Assembly (NCBI GenBank): GCA_963701365.1
Contig: CAVOZX010000027.1
Coordinates: 8,998 to 72,997 of the forward strand
Reading direction: 5' to 3'
DNA from: an uncultured Actinomycetota bacterium
Lineage (GTDB): Bacteria > Actinomycetota > Actinomycetes > Actinomycetales > Microbacteriaceae
Length of the DNA: 64,000 nucleotides
Below the pieces are notes generated by a model. It was not told the DNA's origin. It was given only the letters and a program-made list of their open reading frames with translations, and did not search any database. Every line of letters starts with the position of its first letter. The stretch's first letter is position 1. This document shows positions 1 through 11,471 of this stretch, one piece after another. A program made the position numbers and the translations under genes.

Positions 1-1570
1 GGATCGCGGGCGCCGCCTCCAGATCCGCGAACGTCTCGAACAACGGGATGACGTCCAGCACCGGCATCCGACCCTCGGTGCCGACCGCGAACCGCGCGAG
101 CCGATGCACGGTGAGCAGGTCGTCGGCGGACTGGGTGAACGAGACGATGTAGCGGCCGGCGGCGCCGGCTCCGTAGCGCTCCTGGATCCCCGCGATTACA
201 CGGAAGACCTCGAGCACCTCCTCCGCCAGCGGGCTCCGCGCCGTACCCTGCTCGCACTCGGCGAGCACCTGTCGATGCACCGCCGAATGCTGGCGGACCT
301 CCAGCTCGGCCAGGTGGAAACCGAAGGTCTGCACCTGCCACACCAGATGCTGCAGTTCGCCGTACGCCTGGCGGGCGGCGCCCGCGGTGGCCAGAGACTC
401 CTGCAGCACCCGCAGGTCGCCGAGCAGGTGCTCCGGGTCCGGGTACGCCAGGTCCGCGTTCCGGGTCCGGGTGGCGGCGATGCGGCGGGCGATCAGGAGC
501 AGGACGCGCCGGTGGGGCTCTTCGGGGGATCGCTTCGCGACCTCCGCCGAAGCCTCCTCGTCGTGGCTGCGCAGCCGCACCCACAGGGCCTGGAGCGCTG
601 GCGACGGCGGGGTGGTGGCGGCGTCCAGCGTCAGAGCCCGGCCGATCCGGGTCGCCGCCTTCTCCAGTCCCAGGAGGACGTGCTCGGCCGCGATCGCGGC
701 GGCCTTCCGGGTGACGCTCGCGGTGACGAACGGATTGCCGTCGCGGTCGCCTCCCACCCAGGTTCCCACGCGGACGAACGGCCGCACCAGGGGCGGCCGG
801 GCCCCCGATTCGGGGGCGAGCGCCTCGTCCACCCGCCGGTACACCTGGGGGACGGCGGTGAACAGCGTGTCGTCGAAGATCGCCATCACGGCGCGCACCT
901 CGTCGGTCGGGGACGGCTTCTCGCCGCGGAGGGGGGCGGTGCGCCAGAGGGTGTCGATCTCCTCCAGCATGCAGCGGCGGGTCCGTGCGCGGGCGGCCTC
1001 GCCGCGGTCGGGACGATCGTAGTCATCCAGTAGTTCCGAGACCCGTCGAATGGTGGTCGACACCGCGCGTCGCCGTGCCTCCGTCGGGTGCGCGGTGAAG
1101 ACCGGCTGGAAGCTCAGGTCGCGCAATGCCGCCATCGCAGCCGGTTCCCCCAGCTCGGCCGCGAGCCGCCGGACCGCGGCGGGCACGGTGTCCGATGCAT
1201 CCGCCGGGTCCGAACGACCGTCCCGTTGGTGCAGCACCCGCACGCGCTGGTGCTCCTCGGCCAGGTTCACCAGGTGGAAGTAGGCCGTGAACGCCCGCGC
1301 CACCTCGTCGGCGCGGGCGACGGTGAACGACTCCGCGATCGCGGCGGCCCGCGCGAACGCCTCGGCGGACTCGTCCGTGTACGCCTCGATCGTCGCCACC
1401 CGCAATCGCTCGACGTCCTCGAACAGTCCGGGCGAGCCGCTCTCGCGCAGCACCTGTCCCAGGAGCGCCCCCAGGTCGCGGACATCGGTCCGCATGGCCT
1501 CCGGCATCTCCTGCGACGCCTCGCCGCGGCCCACCACGTCCGAGGCCGCGGAGTTCGAGGGGCGGCTCAT
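1..1570 (-). CDS. ppc: Phosphoenolpyruvate carboxylase, 5' part (runs off the window start)
   Basis: Manual minus-strand translation from ATG 1570: MSRPSNSAASDVVGRG...DVRDLGALLGQVLRESG, the PEPC motif FQPVFTAHPTEARR, and LDVIPLFETFADL at the window edge. Absent from the ORF track because there is no stop in the window. Confidence 0.93.
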   Translation of the reverse strand, partial: MSRPSNSAASDVVGRGEASQEMPEAMRTDVRDLGALLGQVLRESGSPGLFEDVERLRVATIEAYTDESAEAFARAAAIAESFTVARADEVARAFTAYFHLVNLAEEHQRVRVLHQRDGRSDPADASDTVPAAVRRLAAELGEPAAMAALRDLSFQPVFTAHPTEARRRAVSTTIRRVSELLDDYDRPDRGEAARARTRRCMLEEIDTLWRTAPLRGEKPSPTDEVRAVMAIFDDTLFTAVPQVYRRVDEALAPESGARPPLVRPFVRVGTWVGGDRDGNPFVTASVTRKAAAIAAEHVLLGLEKAATRIGRALTLDAATTPPSPALQALWVRLRSHDEEASAEVAKRSPEEPHRRVLLLIARRIAATRTRNADLAYPDPEHLLGDLRVLQESLATAGAARQAYGELQHLVWQVQTFGFHLAELEVRQHSAVHRQVLAECEQGTARSPLAEEVLEVFRVIAGIQERYGAGAAGRYIVSFTQSADDLLTVHRLARFAVGTEGRMPVLDVIPLFETFADLEAAPAI

Positions 1571-1692
1571 GCCGGTACGCTACCCCGCCGCTGTTTCACG
1601 GGGATCACGCGCGGCGGATAGGCTGGACGGCGGGGAGCCGGGAAGTCTGGTCGGCGTGCCGCCGCTGCGGCATCCGCCTGTCGCGCCCGGAG

Positions 1693-2847
1693 GTGCCCGT
1701 GTTCCGCTCCGATCGTCTTCCCGCCATCCTCCTGCTGCTGTCCGCGGCGGCCGGGCTGCTGGTCGCGAATACGGCCTGGGGTCCGGCCGCGGCCGCGGCG
1801 AAGGATGCGGCGGTGGGTATCCCGGGCGTTCTCGAACTCAGCGTCGGGCATTGGGTGGCCGACGGCCTGCTGGCGGTGTTTTTCTTCGTCGTGGCCGTGG
1901 AACTGCAGTACGAGCTGACCAGCGGGCAGCTGAACTCCCGTCGGCGCGCGGTGCGGCCGGCGATCGCGGCGGCCGGCGGGGTGATCGCCCCGATCCTCGT
2001 GTATGTCCTGATCGCGGCGGGCACGTCGTCGGCCGCCGGCTGGCCGATCCCGACCGCCACGGACATCGCGTTCGCGCTCGGAGTCCTGGCCGTGTTCGGG
2101 CGGGGGCTTCCCTCCGGTGTCCGGGTCTTCCTCCTGGCGCTGGCGATCCTCGACGACATCGTCGGGATCGTGTTCATCGCCGTCCTGTTCACCGACGACG
2201 TCGACGTCGTCCTGCTCGGTGCCGCGGTGATCGCGCTGGTCGCCTTCGGGTGGCTCAGCCGGGCGATGACGGACCGCAACCGCGTCGCCGTGTCCGCCGT
2301 CCTCGTCGCGCTGGCTCTGGCGGTGTGGGTCCTCGTCTACCTTTCGGGCGTGCATGCGACGATCGCCGGGGTCGGGCTGGGACTGGTGATGATGCAGCAG
2401 CCCGCCTTGCGGGTGAGGCATGTCCTGGAGCCGTGGGTGAACGGCCTCGTGCTGCCCGTGTTCGCGTTCTCCTCCGCCCTGGTCGTGATCCCCTCGGTCG
2501 CGGTGACGGAGATCTCCCCGGCGTTCTGGGGGGTCCTGATCGCGCTCCCGGTCGGCAAGCTGATCGGCATCGCCTCGGCGGGATGGCTGGCGCAGCGGCT
2601 GCTCCCCGAGGAGGGCGTGACACGGCTTCCGATGCTGGACCTGGTCGCGGCGGGAGCGCTCGGGGGGATCGGGTTCACCGTGTCCCTGCTGCTGTCGGAG
2701 CTGGCGTTCGCGGGGGACGGGATGCTACGCGACGAGGCGACGCTGGGCGTCTTGGCGGGCTCGGGCATCGCGCTCGTGGTGGCGGCGATCCTCGTATCCT
2801 GGCGGGCACGGCACTATCGACGGCTCGCCGAGGAGGCGCAGGCATGA
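1693..2847 (+). CDS. nhaA: Na+/H+ antiporter NhaA
   Basis: Multi-TM protein with NhaA motifs GWPIPTATDIAFALG, LAILDDI, SGVHATIAGV and GIGFTVSL. Confidence 0.93.
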   Translation: MPVFRSDRLPAILLLLSAAAGLLVANTAWGPAAAAAKDAAVGIPGVLELSVGHWVADGLLAVFFFVVAVELQYELTSGQLNSRRRAVRPAIAAAGGVIAPILVYVLIAAGTSSAAGWPIPTATDIAFALGVLAVFGRGLPSGVRVFLLALAILDDIVGIVFIAVLFTDDVDVVLLGAAVIALVAFGWLSRAMTDRNRVAVSAVLVALALAVWVLVYLSGVHATIAGVGLGLVMMQQPALRVRHVLEPWVNGLVLPVFAFSSALVVIPSVAVTEISPAFWGVLIALPVGKLIGIASAGWLAQRLLPEEGVTRLPMLDLVAAGALGGIGFTVSLLLSELAFAGDGMLRDEATLGVLAGSGIALVVAAILVSWRARHYRRLAEEAQA

Positions 2848-3512
2848 CCGCATCCGATCCGCTGCGGGAATCGGCCCGCGTGATGCACGAGATCCGGGAG
2901 CGCTGCGTCTGGAGCGCGGCCCGGAACCCCGCCGACCTCGTGCCGTATCTGCTGGAGGAGAGCTACGAGCTGGCGGAGGCGGTCGAGTCGGGCGCGGACG
3001 GCGACGTGCGCGAGGAACTCGGCGACGTGCTGTGGCAGGTGCTGTTCCACGCGGAGATCGCCTCCGGACCCGGCGGCGCGGGCTTCGGCATCGACGACGT
3101 CGCACGGTCGCTGACCGAGAAGATGGTCCGCCGCCATCCGCACGTGTTCGGCGAGGCGACGGCCGAGACCCCGGAGGAGGTGGTGGTCCTGTGGTCGGCG
3201 GCGAAGGCCGCGGAGAAGGCTCGTCGTCGCAGCATCCTGGAGGGGATCCCGCGGTCCCTGCCGGCCCTCTCGCGCGCGCAGAAGATCCTCGAACGGGCCG
3301 ACGCCGCCGGAATCCGACCCGTTCCCGACGGTGCGGATCTTGCCGAGTCGCCGGCGTCGGAAGCCGAACTGGGCGAGCGGCTCCTCGCCCTCGTGGACGT
3401 CTCGCGACAGCGCGGGTGGGATGCCGAACGGGCGCTGCGGGAGCGGACCCGCGGCGTGGAGGACGAGGTCCGCGATGTGGAACGCGGCGGCGCCCCGGAG
3501 CCGGGAGAATAG
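2844..3512 (+). CDS. mazG: MazG-family nucleoside triphosphate pyrophosphohydrolase
   Basis: YLLEESYEL, EELGDVLWQVLFHAEI and KMVRRHPHVF motifs; ATGA overlap with the nhaA stop. Confidence 0.88.
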   Translation: MTASDPLRESARVMHEIRERCVWSAARNPADLVPYLLEESYELAEAVESGADGDVREELGDVLWQVLFHAEIASGPGGAGFGIDDVARSLTEKMVRRHPHVFGEATAETPEEVVVLWSAAKAAEKARRRSILEGIPRSLPALSRAQKILERADAAGIRPVPDGADLAESPASEAELGERLLALVDVSRQRGWDAERALRERTRGVEDEVRDVERGGAPEPGE

Positions 3513-3518
3513 GACCTC

Positions 3519-4814
3519 GTGCCGGCCGTCACTCCACCGCGCGGGATGCGCGACTTCCTCCCCGCCGAGAAGCACCATCGGGAGCGGGTGCTCGAGGCCA
3601 TCCGGGTCCGATACCGCGCCCACGGCTTCGATGAGATCGAGACCCCCGTCCTGGAGGACTACGGCCGCCTGCACGCCGGGGTCGGCGGCGACAACGAGAA
3701 GCTCGGATTCTCCGTACTCCGGCGCGGGCTGGACCCCGACGGCATCCGGGCGGCAGCGGACCGTCCCGAGGCGCTCAGCGACCTCGGACTCCGATACGAC
3801 CTCACCGTCCCGCTCGCCCGGTTCTACGCCACCCACCGCGCGGAGCTCCCGGGCGTGTTCCGGGCGATCCAGATAGGCCCGGTCTGGCGGGCCGAGCGGC
3901 CGCAGAAGGGACGGTTCCGGCAGTTCGTCCAGTGCGACATCGACATCATCGGCGACGCGTCCGCCCGCGCGGAGGCGGAACTGCTCGTGGCCACCCTCGA
4001 CGCGGTCGGTGCGCTGGGACTGGCGGAGGCGAGCATCCGGCTCAACGACCGCCGCATCCTGGACTGGATGCTGGACACGGTCGGGGTCGCCCCTTCGGAA
4101 CGCCCGGGAGTGCTGATCGCGCTGGACAAGCTGGACAAGATCGGGGCGGGCGGGGTCGCCGCCGAACTGCGCGAGCGGGGCATCCCGGCCGCGGCGGTGG
4201 CGGCGATCGAGGATCTGCTGCGTCGCGCCCCGGTGGCCGGGTCGGGATCCGGACGGGACGCGATCGCGGCGGCGCTCCCCTCCGGTGTTCCCGCCGATCT
4301 CGTGGATCATCTGGATGCCGTGGCGTCGGCGGTGCGCGCCGGGCCGGAGAGCGCGGCCCTGGTCTTCGACCCGTTCCTCGTCCGGGGGATGGGCTACTAC
4401 ACCGGCACCATCTTCGAACTGGCCCACCCGGCGGTCGGATACTCGCTCGGCGGCGGGGGGCGTTACGACGGAATGGTCGGGAGGTTCCTCGGCACCGAGG
4501 TTCCGGCCGTCGGATTCTCGATCGGCTTCGAGCGGATCGTGGACCTGGTGGCGCCGCGGGACGACCACCGCCACCGGGCGGTCGTTCTCGTCCACGACCC
4601 GGACGTGGAGCTGGCCGAAGTGGTCGCGGCGAAGACGGAGCTCCTGGCGACCTGGGCCCGCGTTCGCGTGGAACGGCGCCCCCGGAGCCTGAAGGGCCTT
4701 CTCGCGCAGGCCGCCGCCGACGGCTACACCCATGTCGTGAGCCTCGGCGCGGGCAGCGCGCCGGGCGCGATGGTGCCGCGGCCACTGTCGCCGGCGGGGG
4801 GCGGGACGGCATGA
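3519..4814 (+). CDS. hisS: Histidine--tRNA ligase
   Basis: PPRGMRDFLP, LRYDLTVPLAR, WRAERPQKGRFRQFVQCDID, RGMGYYTG, GGGRYDG and GFSIGFERI. Confidence 0.93.
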   Translation: MPAVTPPRGMRDFLPAEKHHRERVLEAIRVRYRAHGFDEIETPVLEDYGRLHAGVGGDNEKLGFSVLRRGLDPDGIRAAADRPEALSDLGLRYDLTVPLARFYATHRAELPGVFRAIQIGPVWRAERPQKGRFRQFVQCDIDIIGDASARAEAELLVATLDAVGALGLAEASIRLNDRRILDWMLDTVGVAPSERPGVLIALDKLDKIGAGGVAAELRERGIPAAAVAAIEDLLRRAPVAGSGSGRDAIAAALPSGVPADLVDHLDAVASAVRAGPESAALVFDPFLVRGMGYYTGTIFELAHPAVGYSLGGGGRYDGMVGRFLGTEVPAVGFSIGFERIVDLVAPRDDHRHRAVVLVHDPDVELAEVVAAKTELLATWARVRVERRPRSLKGLLAQAAADGYTHVVSLGAGSAPGAMVPRPLSPAGGGTA

Positions 4815-4920
4815 TCGACGCATGACGCTCGGTGTGCGCACCGTCCTCGCCCCCTGGCGTCCCCTCAGGCGGGGGGTCGCCGGGATTGACGCGTCGGACG
4901 CCACCCGGTTTGCTGGCGGG

Positions 4921-5589
4921 ATGATGGATCCGACCCCGGACGCGTGGCGGCGCGTCGACGAGTACCTCACGGATGTCCTGGTGGGTCACGATCCGCATCT
5001 GGAGAACGCGGTCGCCGATCAGGATGCGGCGGGCCTGCCATCGATCGAGGTGGCCCCGGTCAACGGGAAGTTCCTGCACCTGCTGGCGCGCATCGCCGGA
5101 GCCCGCCGCATCCTGGAGATCGGGACCCTCGGAGGGTACTCCACCATCTGGCTGGCCCGTGCCCTCGAGCCCGGCGGACGGGTGGTCACCATCGAGGCCG
5201 AACCCGACATCGCGCGGGTCGCACGGGCGAGCCTGGATCGGGCGGGAGTGGCCGGGAGCGTGGACATCCTGCTGGGACGGGGGGCGGACGTGCTGCCGCG
5301 GCTCGCGGGCTCCGCACCGTTCGATCTGGTCTTCATCGACGCCGACAAGGAATCGAACACCGTGTATCTGGACTGGGCCGCCCGGCTGGGGCGGCCCGGG
5401 ACGGTGGTCGTGGTGGACAACGTGGTGCGCGCCGGTCGCGTGGTCGAACCGGATGCGTCGGACACGCAGGTCGCCGGCGTGCGCGCGGGCCTGGAGATGC
5501 TCCGCGATGACGAGCGATTCGACGCGACGGCGCTGCAGACGCTGGACCGCAAGGGCTGGGACGGCATCGCGCTCGCCGTGCTGAGGTGA
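4921..5589 (+). CDS. SAM-dependent O-methyltransferase (Methyltransf_3 type)
   Basis: RILEIGTLGGYSTIWLA, FDLVFIDADK, VVVDNVVR and KGWDG; start uncertain (4822, 4921 or 4924). Confidence 0.85.
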   Translation: MMDPTPDAWRRVDEYLTDVLVGHDPHLENAVADQDAAGLPSIEVAPVNGKFLHLLARIAGARRILEIGTLGGYSTIWLARALEPGGRVVTIEAEPDIARVARASLDRAGVAGSVDILLGRGADVLPRLAGSAPFDLVFIDADKESNTVYLDWAARLGRPGTVVVVDNVVRAGRVVEPDASDTQVAGVRAGLEMLRDDERFDATALQTLDRKGWDGIALAVLR

Positions 5590-6969
<1,380 letters not shown>

Positions 6970-6991
6970 ACCGCCGCAGGAGGGAGGCGCC

Positions 6992-7495
6992 GTGGCCGGC
7001 CGTCGCGCTCGCCTCGACCCGCCGGTCGGCTCACGCCGGCGTTCCGTCCGCATCGGCGTCCGGGACTGGCTCGGCGGCCTCCGGCTGTCGGGGTTCATGG
7101 TGATCATGCTCGGGCTGGTGGTTCTCGCCGTGCTCGTGCTCGTTCCCACCGTGGGGACCTACCTCGACCAGCGTCAGCGGATCGCTGCGCTCGCGGAGTC
7201 CGTGCGGCTCACGGAACAGCAGGTCGCGGACCTGACGGCGCAGGAACGCCGTTTCACGGACCCGGCCTACATCACCACGCAGGCCCGGGAACGCCTCTAC
7301 TACGTCACCCCGGGCGACGTCGTCTACCTCGTGGACAACGACCTGCCCGCGGCGCGTCAGCCGCGGGATGCGCAGCAGGTCAGCGATCAGCTGGAGCAGA
7401 CGCCGACCGACTGGATGGCGCAGTTCGTGCGCTCCGTCGCGGCCGCCGGGGCCGCCCGCACCGCGGCGGCACCGGATCCCGGCCCGTTACCCTGA
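6992..7495 (+). CDS. FtsB/DivIC-family septum formation initiator
   Basis: One TM, a coiled coil and DPAYITTQARERLYYVTPG; conserved position after eno in Actinobacteria. Confidence 0.85.
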   Translation: MAGRRARLDPPVGSRRRSVRIGVRDWLGGLRLSGFMVIMLGLVVLAVLVLVPTVGTYLDQRQRIAALAESVRLTEQQVADLTAQERRFTDPAYITTQARERLYYVTPGDVVYLVDNDLPAARQPRDAQQVSDQLEQTPTDWMAQFVRSVAAAGAARTAAAPDPGPLP

Positions 7496-7499
7496 CGGG

Positions 7500-8015
7500 G
7501 TGGCAGTTTCGCTCCCGGACGCCGCGACGACCGCGGACCTCGACGTGGTGCGCCGGCAGCTGGGTCGGCCGCCGCGGGGCGTGGTCGGCGTGGCGGCCAG
7601 GTGCGTGTGCGGCAACCCGACCGTGGTGGCGACGGCGCCGCGGCTTCCGGACGGCTCGCCGTTCCCGACGTTCTACTACCTGACGCATCCGGCGGCGACG
7701 GCGGAACTGTCGCGGCTCGAAGCGGACCATGTGATGGCGGAGTTCGAGGCCTGGCTGGCGACGGACGCCGCCGCCGCCGAGGCCTTCCGCGCCGCGCATC
7801 GCGCCTACCTGAGCGATCGGGCGCGCTTCGGCGCGGTCGAGGAGATCGCCGACGTCTCGGCCGGCGGCATGCCAAGGCGAGTGAAGTGCCTCCACGCGCT
7901 GGTGGCGCACTCGCTGGCCGCCGGCCCCGGCGTGAACCCGGTCGGCGACGCGGCCTTGGCCCGCTGCGCCTGGTCCCCGACCCGGTGCTCGTGCCCCGAA
8001 CCGGGTCCGGAATGA
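7500..8015 (+). CDS. DUF501 family protein (Rv1025-like)
   Basis: QLGRPPRG, PRLPDGSPFPTFYYLTHP and SAGGMPRRVKCLHALVAH. Confidence 0.88.
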   Translation: MAVSLPDAATTADLDVVRRQLGRPPRGVVGVAARCVCGNPTVVATAPRLPDGSPFPTFYYLTHPAATAELSRLEADHVMAEFEAWLATDAAAAEAFRAAHRAYLSDRARFGAVEEIADVSAGGMPRRVKCLHALVAHSLAAGPGVNPVGDAALARCAWSPTRCSCPEPGPE

Positions 8016-9280
8016 GAGGGTGGCGGACCGCGACGGCGACGCTCGGCGTCGCGACCGCCGTCGCCGTGCTGGTCGGCCCCGCCGCGGCCTCGGAACGGGC
8101 GCCCGGCACGGACCCGGTCCGGGCCCAGGAGTACTGGCTCGAGGAGTACGGGATCCGTGAGGCGTGGCAGACCACGCGCGGCGACGGCGCGCGGATCGCG
8201 ATCATCGACACCGGCGTGGGTTGGGCCCCGGAGTTCGCGGGTGTGGTCGGTGGAACCGACGTGTCGGGGTTGGGTTCGCCCGACGGGCGCATGCCGGTCG
8301 GTGCGGTCGACGCGGACCACGGCAGCTGGGTCGCATCGCTGGCCGCGTCCCGGGGCCTTCCCGGCGGCACCGGCATGATCGGCGTGGCTCCCGGCGCGGA
8401 GTTGCTGTCGGTGTCGGTCGGCCTCGGACAGGACGCGGCCCGCCCGTTCGCGACGCAGGTCGCCGAGGCCGTGCGCTGGTCCGTCGACGCGGGGGCCGAC
8501 GTCATCAACCTGTCCTTCACGACGAACACGCTCGAATGGGACACCACGTGGGACGACGCCTTCGAGTACGCGTTCTCCCACGACGTGGTCGTGGTGGTCG
8601 CCGCCGGCAATCGCGGCAGCGGCACCGACACGGTCGGCGCCCCGGCGACCATCCCGGGGGTGCTGACAGTGGCGGGCGTGGATCCGCTGGGCGCGGCGAG
8701 CGTCGAGGCGTCCACCCAGGGCATCACGATCGGGGTGGCCGCGCCCAGCGAGGATCTGCTCGGCGTGTCGGCCGACGGCGGCCTCGTGCTCTGGAACGGC
8801 ACGAGCGGTGCCGCGCCGATCGTCGCGGGTGTCGCAGCTCTGGTGCGGTCGGCCCATCCCGAACTGGATGCGGCCAACGTGATCGAGCGCATCATCCGCA
8901 CGGCCCGGCCGCCGGCGGGCGTGAGCGTACCGGACCCGCTGTACGGCTACGGTCTGGTCGACGCCGCCGCGGCCGTCACCGCCAACGTCGCCGTCGTCTC
9001 CGCGAACCCGATGGGCGATCTGACGGAATGGATCCGGATCCATCGGCGTGCGGATGCGGCGCCCCGGCCGAACCCGGCGCCGGCGCCGGTCCCCCCGCTG
9101 CCGCCGGCCGAGGTCGCACGGACGCCGATCTCGCCGCTGCTGCCCACGAGCGCGACCGTGCTGTTCGGCACGATTCCCCTGCTGGCCGTGACGCTCGCCG
9201 CTATACTGGTCGCGCTCGGCGTCACTGCTGCTGTCCGACGCATCCGATTGGCGTCCGCGAACCGCGGGCCCAGCCGTTGA
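8012..9280 (+). CDS. Membrane-anchored S8 (subtilisin/mycosin-like) serine peptidase
   Basis: Signal peptide, triad motifs IIDTG, HGSWVAS and GTSGAAP, oxyanion AAGN, Pro-rich linker and C-terminal TM. Confidence 0.88.
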   Translation: MRGWRTATATLGVATAVAVLVGPAAASERAPGTDPVRAQEYWLEEYGIREAWQTTRGDGARIAIIDTGVGWAPEFAGVVGGTDVSGLGSPDGRMPVGAVDADHGSWVASLAASRGLPGGTGMIGVAPGAELLSVSVGLGQDAARPFATQVAEAVRWSVDAGADVINLSFTTNTLEWDTTWDDAFEYAFSHDVVVVVAAGNRGSGTDTVGAPATIPGVLTVAGVDPLGAASVEASTQGITIGVAAPSEDLLGVSADGGLVLWNGTSGAAPIVAGVAALVRSAHPELDAANVIERIIRTARPPAGVSVPDPLYGYGLVDAAAAVTANVAVVSANPMGDLTEWIRIHRRADAAPRPNPAPAPVPPLPPAEVARTPISPLLPTSATVLFGTIPLLAVTLAAILVALGVTAAVRRIRLASANRGPSR

Positions 9281-9300
9281 AGGTCAGGAGCTCTTCCACC

Positions 9301-10710
9301 GTGACAAGCACCGTGCCCAGGATCCTCATCGTCGGCGGCGGGTACGCGGGCTTCTACACCGCATGGAAGCTGGAGAAGCACCTGCACCGGGGCGAGGCGC
9401 AGGTCACCCTGGTCGATCCGCTGCCCTACATGACCTATCAGCCGTTCCTCCCCGAGGTCGCGGCGGGATCGATCGAACCACGCCATGCCGTGGTTCCGCT
9501 GCGGCGCCATCTCAAGCGCACGACCGTGATCACCGCCTCGGTGACCGGAATCGACCATGCTCGTCGCACCGCGACGGTCACCCCCGTCGCCGGGGACGCT
9601 TGGCAGATCGAGTACGACCACATCGTCGTCACGGCCGGCGCCGTGTCGCGCACCTTCCCCATCCCCGGGATCGCCGACTCCGCCATCGGCCTGAAGACGA
9701 TCGAGGAGGCAGTCGGGGTGCGGGACCGGCTGATGTCCAACTTCGATCGGGCAGCCAACCTGCCGCCGGGGCCCCAGCGCGAACGACTCCTGACGGTGGT
9801 GGTCGTCGGCGGCGGATTCGCCGGGATCGAGGCCTTCGCCGAGTTGCGCTCCCTCGCATCGGCGCTGCTGGAGTACTACCCGGGACTGACCTTCGAGGAG
9901 ACTCACTTCCATCTGGTCGAGGCGATGAGCCGGATCATGCCGGAGGTGTCGCTGAAGACCAGCGAATGGGTGCTCAAATCCCTCGCCACCCGCGGTGCGT
10001 ACGTGCACCTGGACACGCAGGTCGCCAGTGCCGTGGACGGCGTGGTGGAGTTGTCCTCGGGAGAGTCCCTGCCGAGCGATCTGATCGTGTGGACGGCAGG
10101 AGTGATGGCCAACCCGACCGTGGTGCGCGGCGGCGACCTGCCGGTGGAGGAGCGCGGCCGCATCCGCACCCGCGCGGATCTCCGGGTCGGCTCCGAGGGC
10201 GAGATTGTCGAGGGCGCCTGGGCGGCCGGGGACGTCGCCGCCGTGCCGGATCTGACCGGTGGTGGCGTCGGAGGGTATTGCGTGCCGAACGCCCAGCACG
10301 CGGTCCGCCAGGCGAAGCGTCTGGCGAAGAATCTGACCGCGGTGCTGCGCGGCGAACTGCCCGAGGATTACGTGCACCGCAATCTCGGCGCCGTGGCCGG
10401 TCTGGGACTGTACAGCGGGGTCTTCCAGTCCGGCGGGCTGGCCATCACCGGGTGGCCCGCGTGGGTCGCGCACCGCGGCTACCACGGCCTGGCGATGCCG
10501 TCGTGGGAGCGGAAATGGCGAGTGCTCGGGGACTGGTGGCACGGTCTGTGGCTCGGACGCGACATCGTGAGCCTGGAGGCGGCACGCGACCCGCGCGCCG
10601 TGTTCGAGCAGTTCGCGGCGCGTCCCCGGCCCCCCAAGACCCGCAGCGACCAGCCCCCGGCCGAGTCGTCGGCGTCGGCCGGTGCGCCGTCCGCGGCGGC
10701 GGCCCGGTGA
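9301..10710 (+). CDS. FAD-dependent oxidoreductase, type II NADH dehydrogenase family
   Basis: ILIVGGGYAG, YQPFLPEVAAG, VVVGGGFAGIE, WAAGDVAAVPD and PNAQHAVRQ. Confidence 0.88.
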   Translation: MTSTVPRILIVGGGYAGFYTAWKLEKHLHRGEAQVTLVDPLPYMTYQPFLPEVAAGSIEPRHAVVPLRRHLKRTTVITASVTGIDHARRTATVTPVAGDAWQIEYDHIVVTAGAVSRTFPIPGIADSAIGLKTIEEAVGVRDRLMSNFDRAANLPPGPQRERLLTVVVVGGGFAGIEAFAELRSLASALLEYYPGLTFEETHFHLVEAMSRIMPEVSLKTSEWVLKSLATRGAYVHLDTQVASAVDGVVELSSGESLPSDLIVWTAGVMANPTVVRGGDLPVEERGRIRTRADLRVGSEGEIVEGAWAAGDVAAVPDLTGGGVGGYCVPNAQHAVRQAKRLAKNLTAVLRGELPEDYVHRNLGAVAGLGLYSGVFQSGGLAITGWPAWVAHRGYHGLAMPSWERKWRVLGDWWHGLWLGRDIVSLEAARDPRAVFEQFAARPRPPKTRSDQPPAESSASAGAPSAAAAR

Positions 10711-10745
10711 GCGTGCCGGCGGACTGCCTGCCCTAGGGTGGTCGG

Positions 10746-10819
10746 GCCCCCGTAGCCCAATCGGCAGAGGCAGGCGACTTAAAATCGCCCGAGTGTGGGT
10801 TCGAGTCCCACCGGGGGTA
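10746..10819 (+). tRNA. tRNA-Leu (anticodon UAA), short variable loop, no encoded CCA
   Basis: Acceptor stem GCCCCCG/CGGGGGT plus A discriminator; D-arm TAGCCCAATCGGCAGAGGC; anticodon arm GGCGA-CTTAAAA-TCGCC; T-arm GTGGG-TTCGAGT-CCCAC. Confidence 0.93.
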
Positions 10820-10889
10820 CGTCCGGTCCCAGGGCGTAGACGGTGTCGGGCAGTACTATGGCCGAAGCTACCGAACGGAGGCCGCCGTC

Positions 10890-11459
10890 ATGTGGGAATG
10901 GCTCATCCCGGTTCTGATCGTGGTCGCGCTGGGCGCGATCGTGGGCATCTACCTCTGGGCGACGTACAACTCGCTGGTCCAGTTGAACGTCCGCGTCGAT
11001 GAGGCGTGGAGCGACATCACGGTGCAGTTGAAGCGGCGCGCAGACCTCCTGCCGAACCTCATCGAGACGGTGAAGGGCTACGCCTCGCACGAGAAGGCGG
11101 TGTTCGAGAACGTCACGCAGGCGCGCGCCGAGACCCTGAACGCCACGAGCCCGGCCGAGGCCGGCGTGGCCGAGGGCCACATGCAGCAGGCGTTGAAGTC
11201 GCTGTTCGCCGTCGCGGAGGCGTACCCGCAGCTGCAGGCGAGCCAGAACTTCTTGGGGCTGCAGCAGTCCATCGTCGATACCGAGGACAAGATCCAGGCG
11301 TCGCGGCGCTTCTACAACGGCGGCGTCCGCGAACTGAACACCAAGATCAAGGTGTTCCCGAACAACCTCTTCGCCCGCCGGCTCGGCTTCCACGAGCGGG
11401 AGTTCTTCGAAGTGGTCGACGGTGCGGCGATCGCGGAGCCGCCCCGCGTGCAGTTCTGA
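10890..11459 (+). CDS. lemA: LemA family protein
   Basis: N-terminal TM, YNSLV, AWSDITVQLKRRADLLPNLIETVKGYASHEK, AEAYPQLQA and RRFYN. Confidence 0.93.
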   Translation: MWEWLIPVLIVVALGAIVGIYLWATYNSLVQLNVRVDEAWSDITVQLKRRADLLPNLIETVKGYASHEKAVFENVTQARAETLNATSPAEAGVAEGHMQQALKSLFAVAEAYPQLQASQNFLGLQQSIVDTEDKIQASRRFYNGGVRELNTKIKVFPNNLFARRLGFHEREFFEVVDGAAIAEPPRVQF

Positions 11460-11471
11460 CGCCGGTCGCGC

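Noticed and set aside
104-1033. Plus-strand ORFs at the window start
   Set aside because: Antisense to ppc, which is identified by the VFTAHPTE motif on the minus strand.
1287-3512. 741-aa ORF suggesting a large MazG fusion
   Set aside because: Only 2844-3512 is MazG-like; the upstream part is an alternative frame over nhaA.
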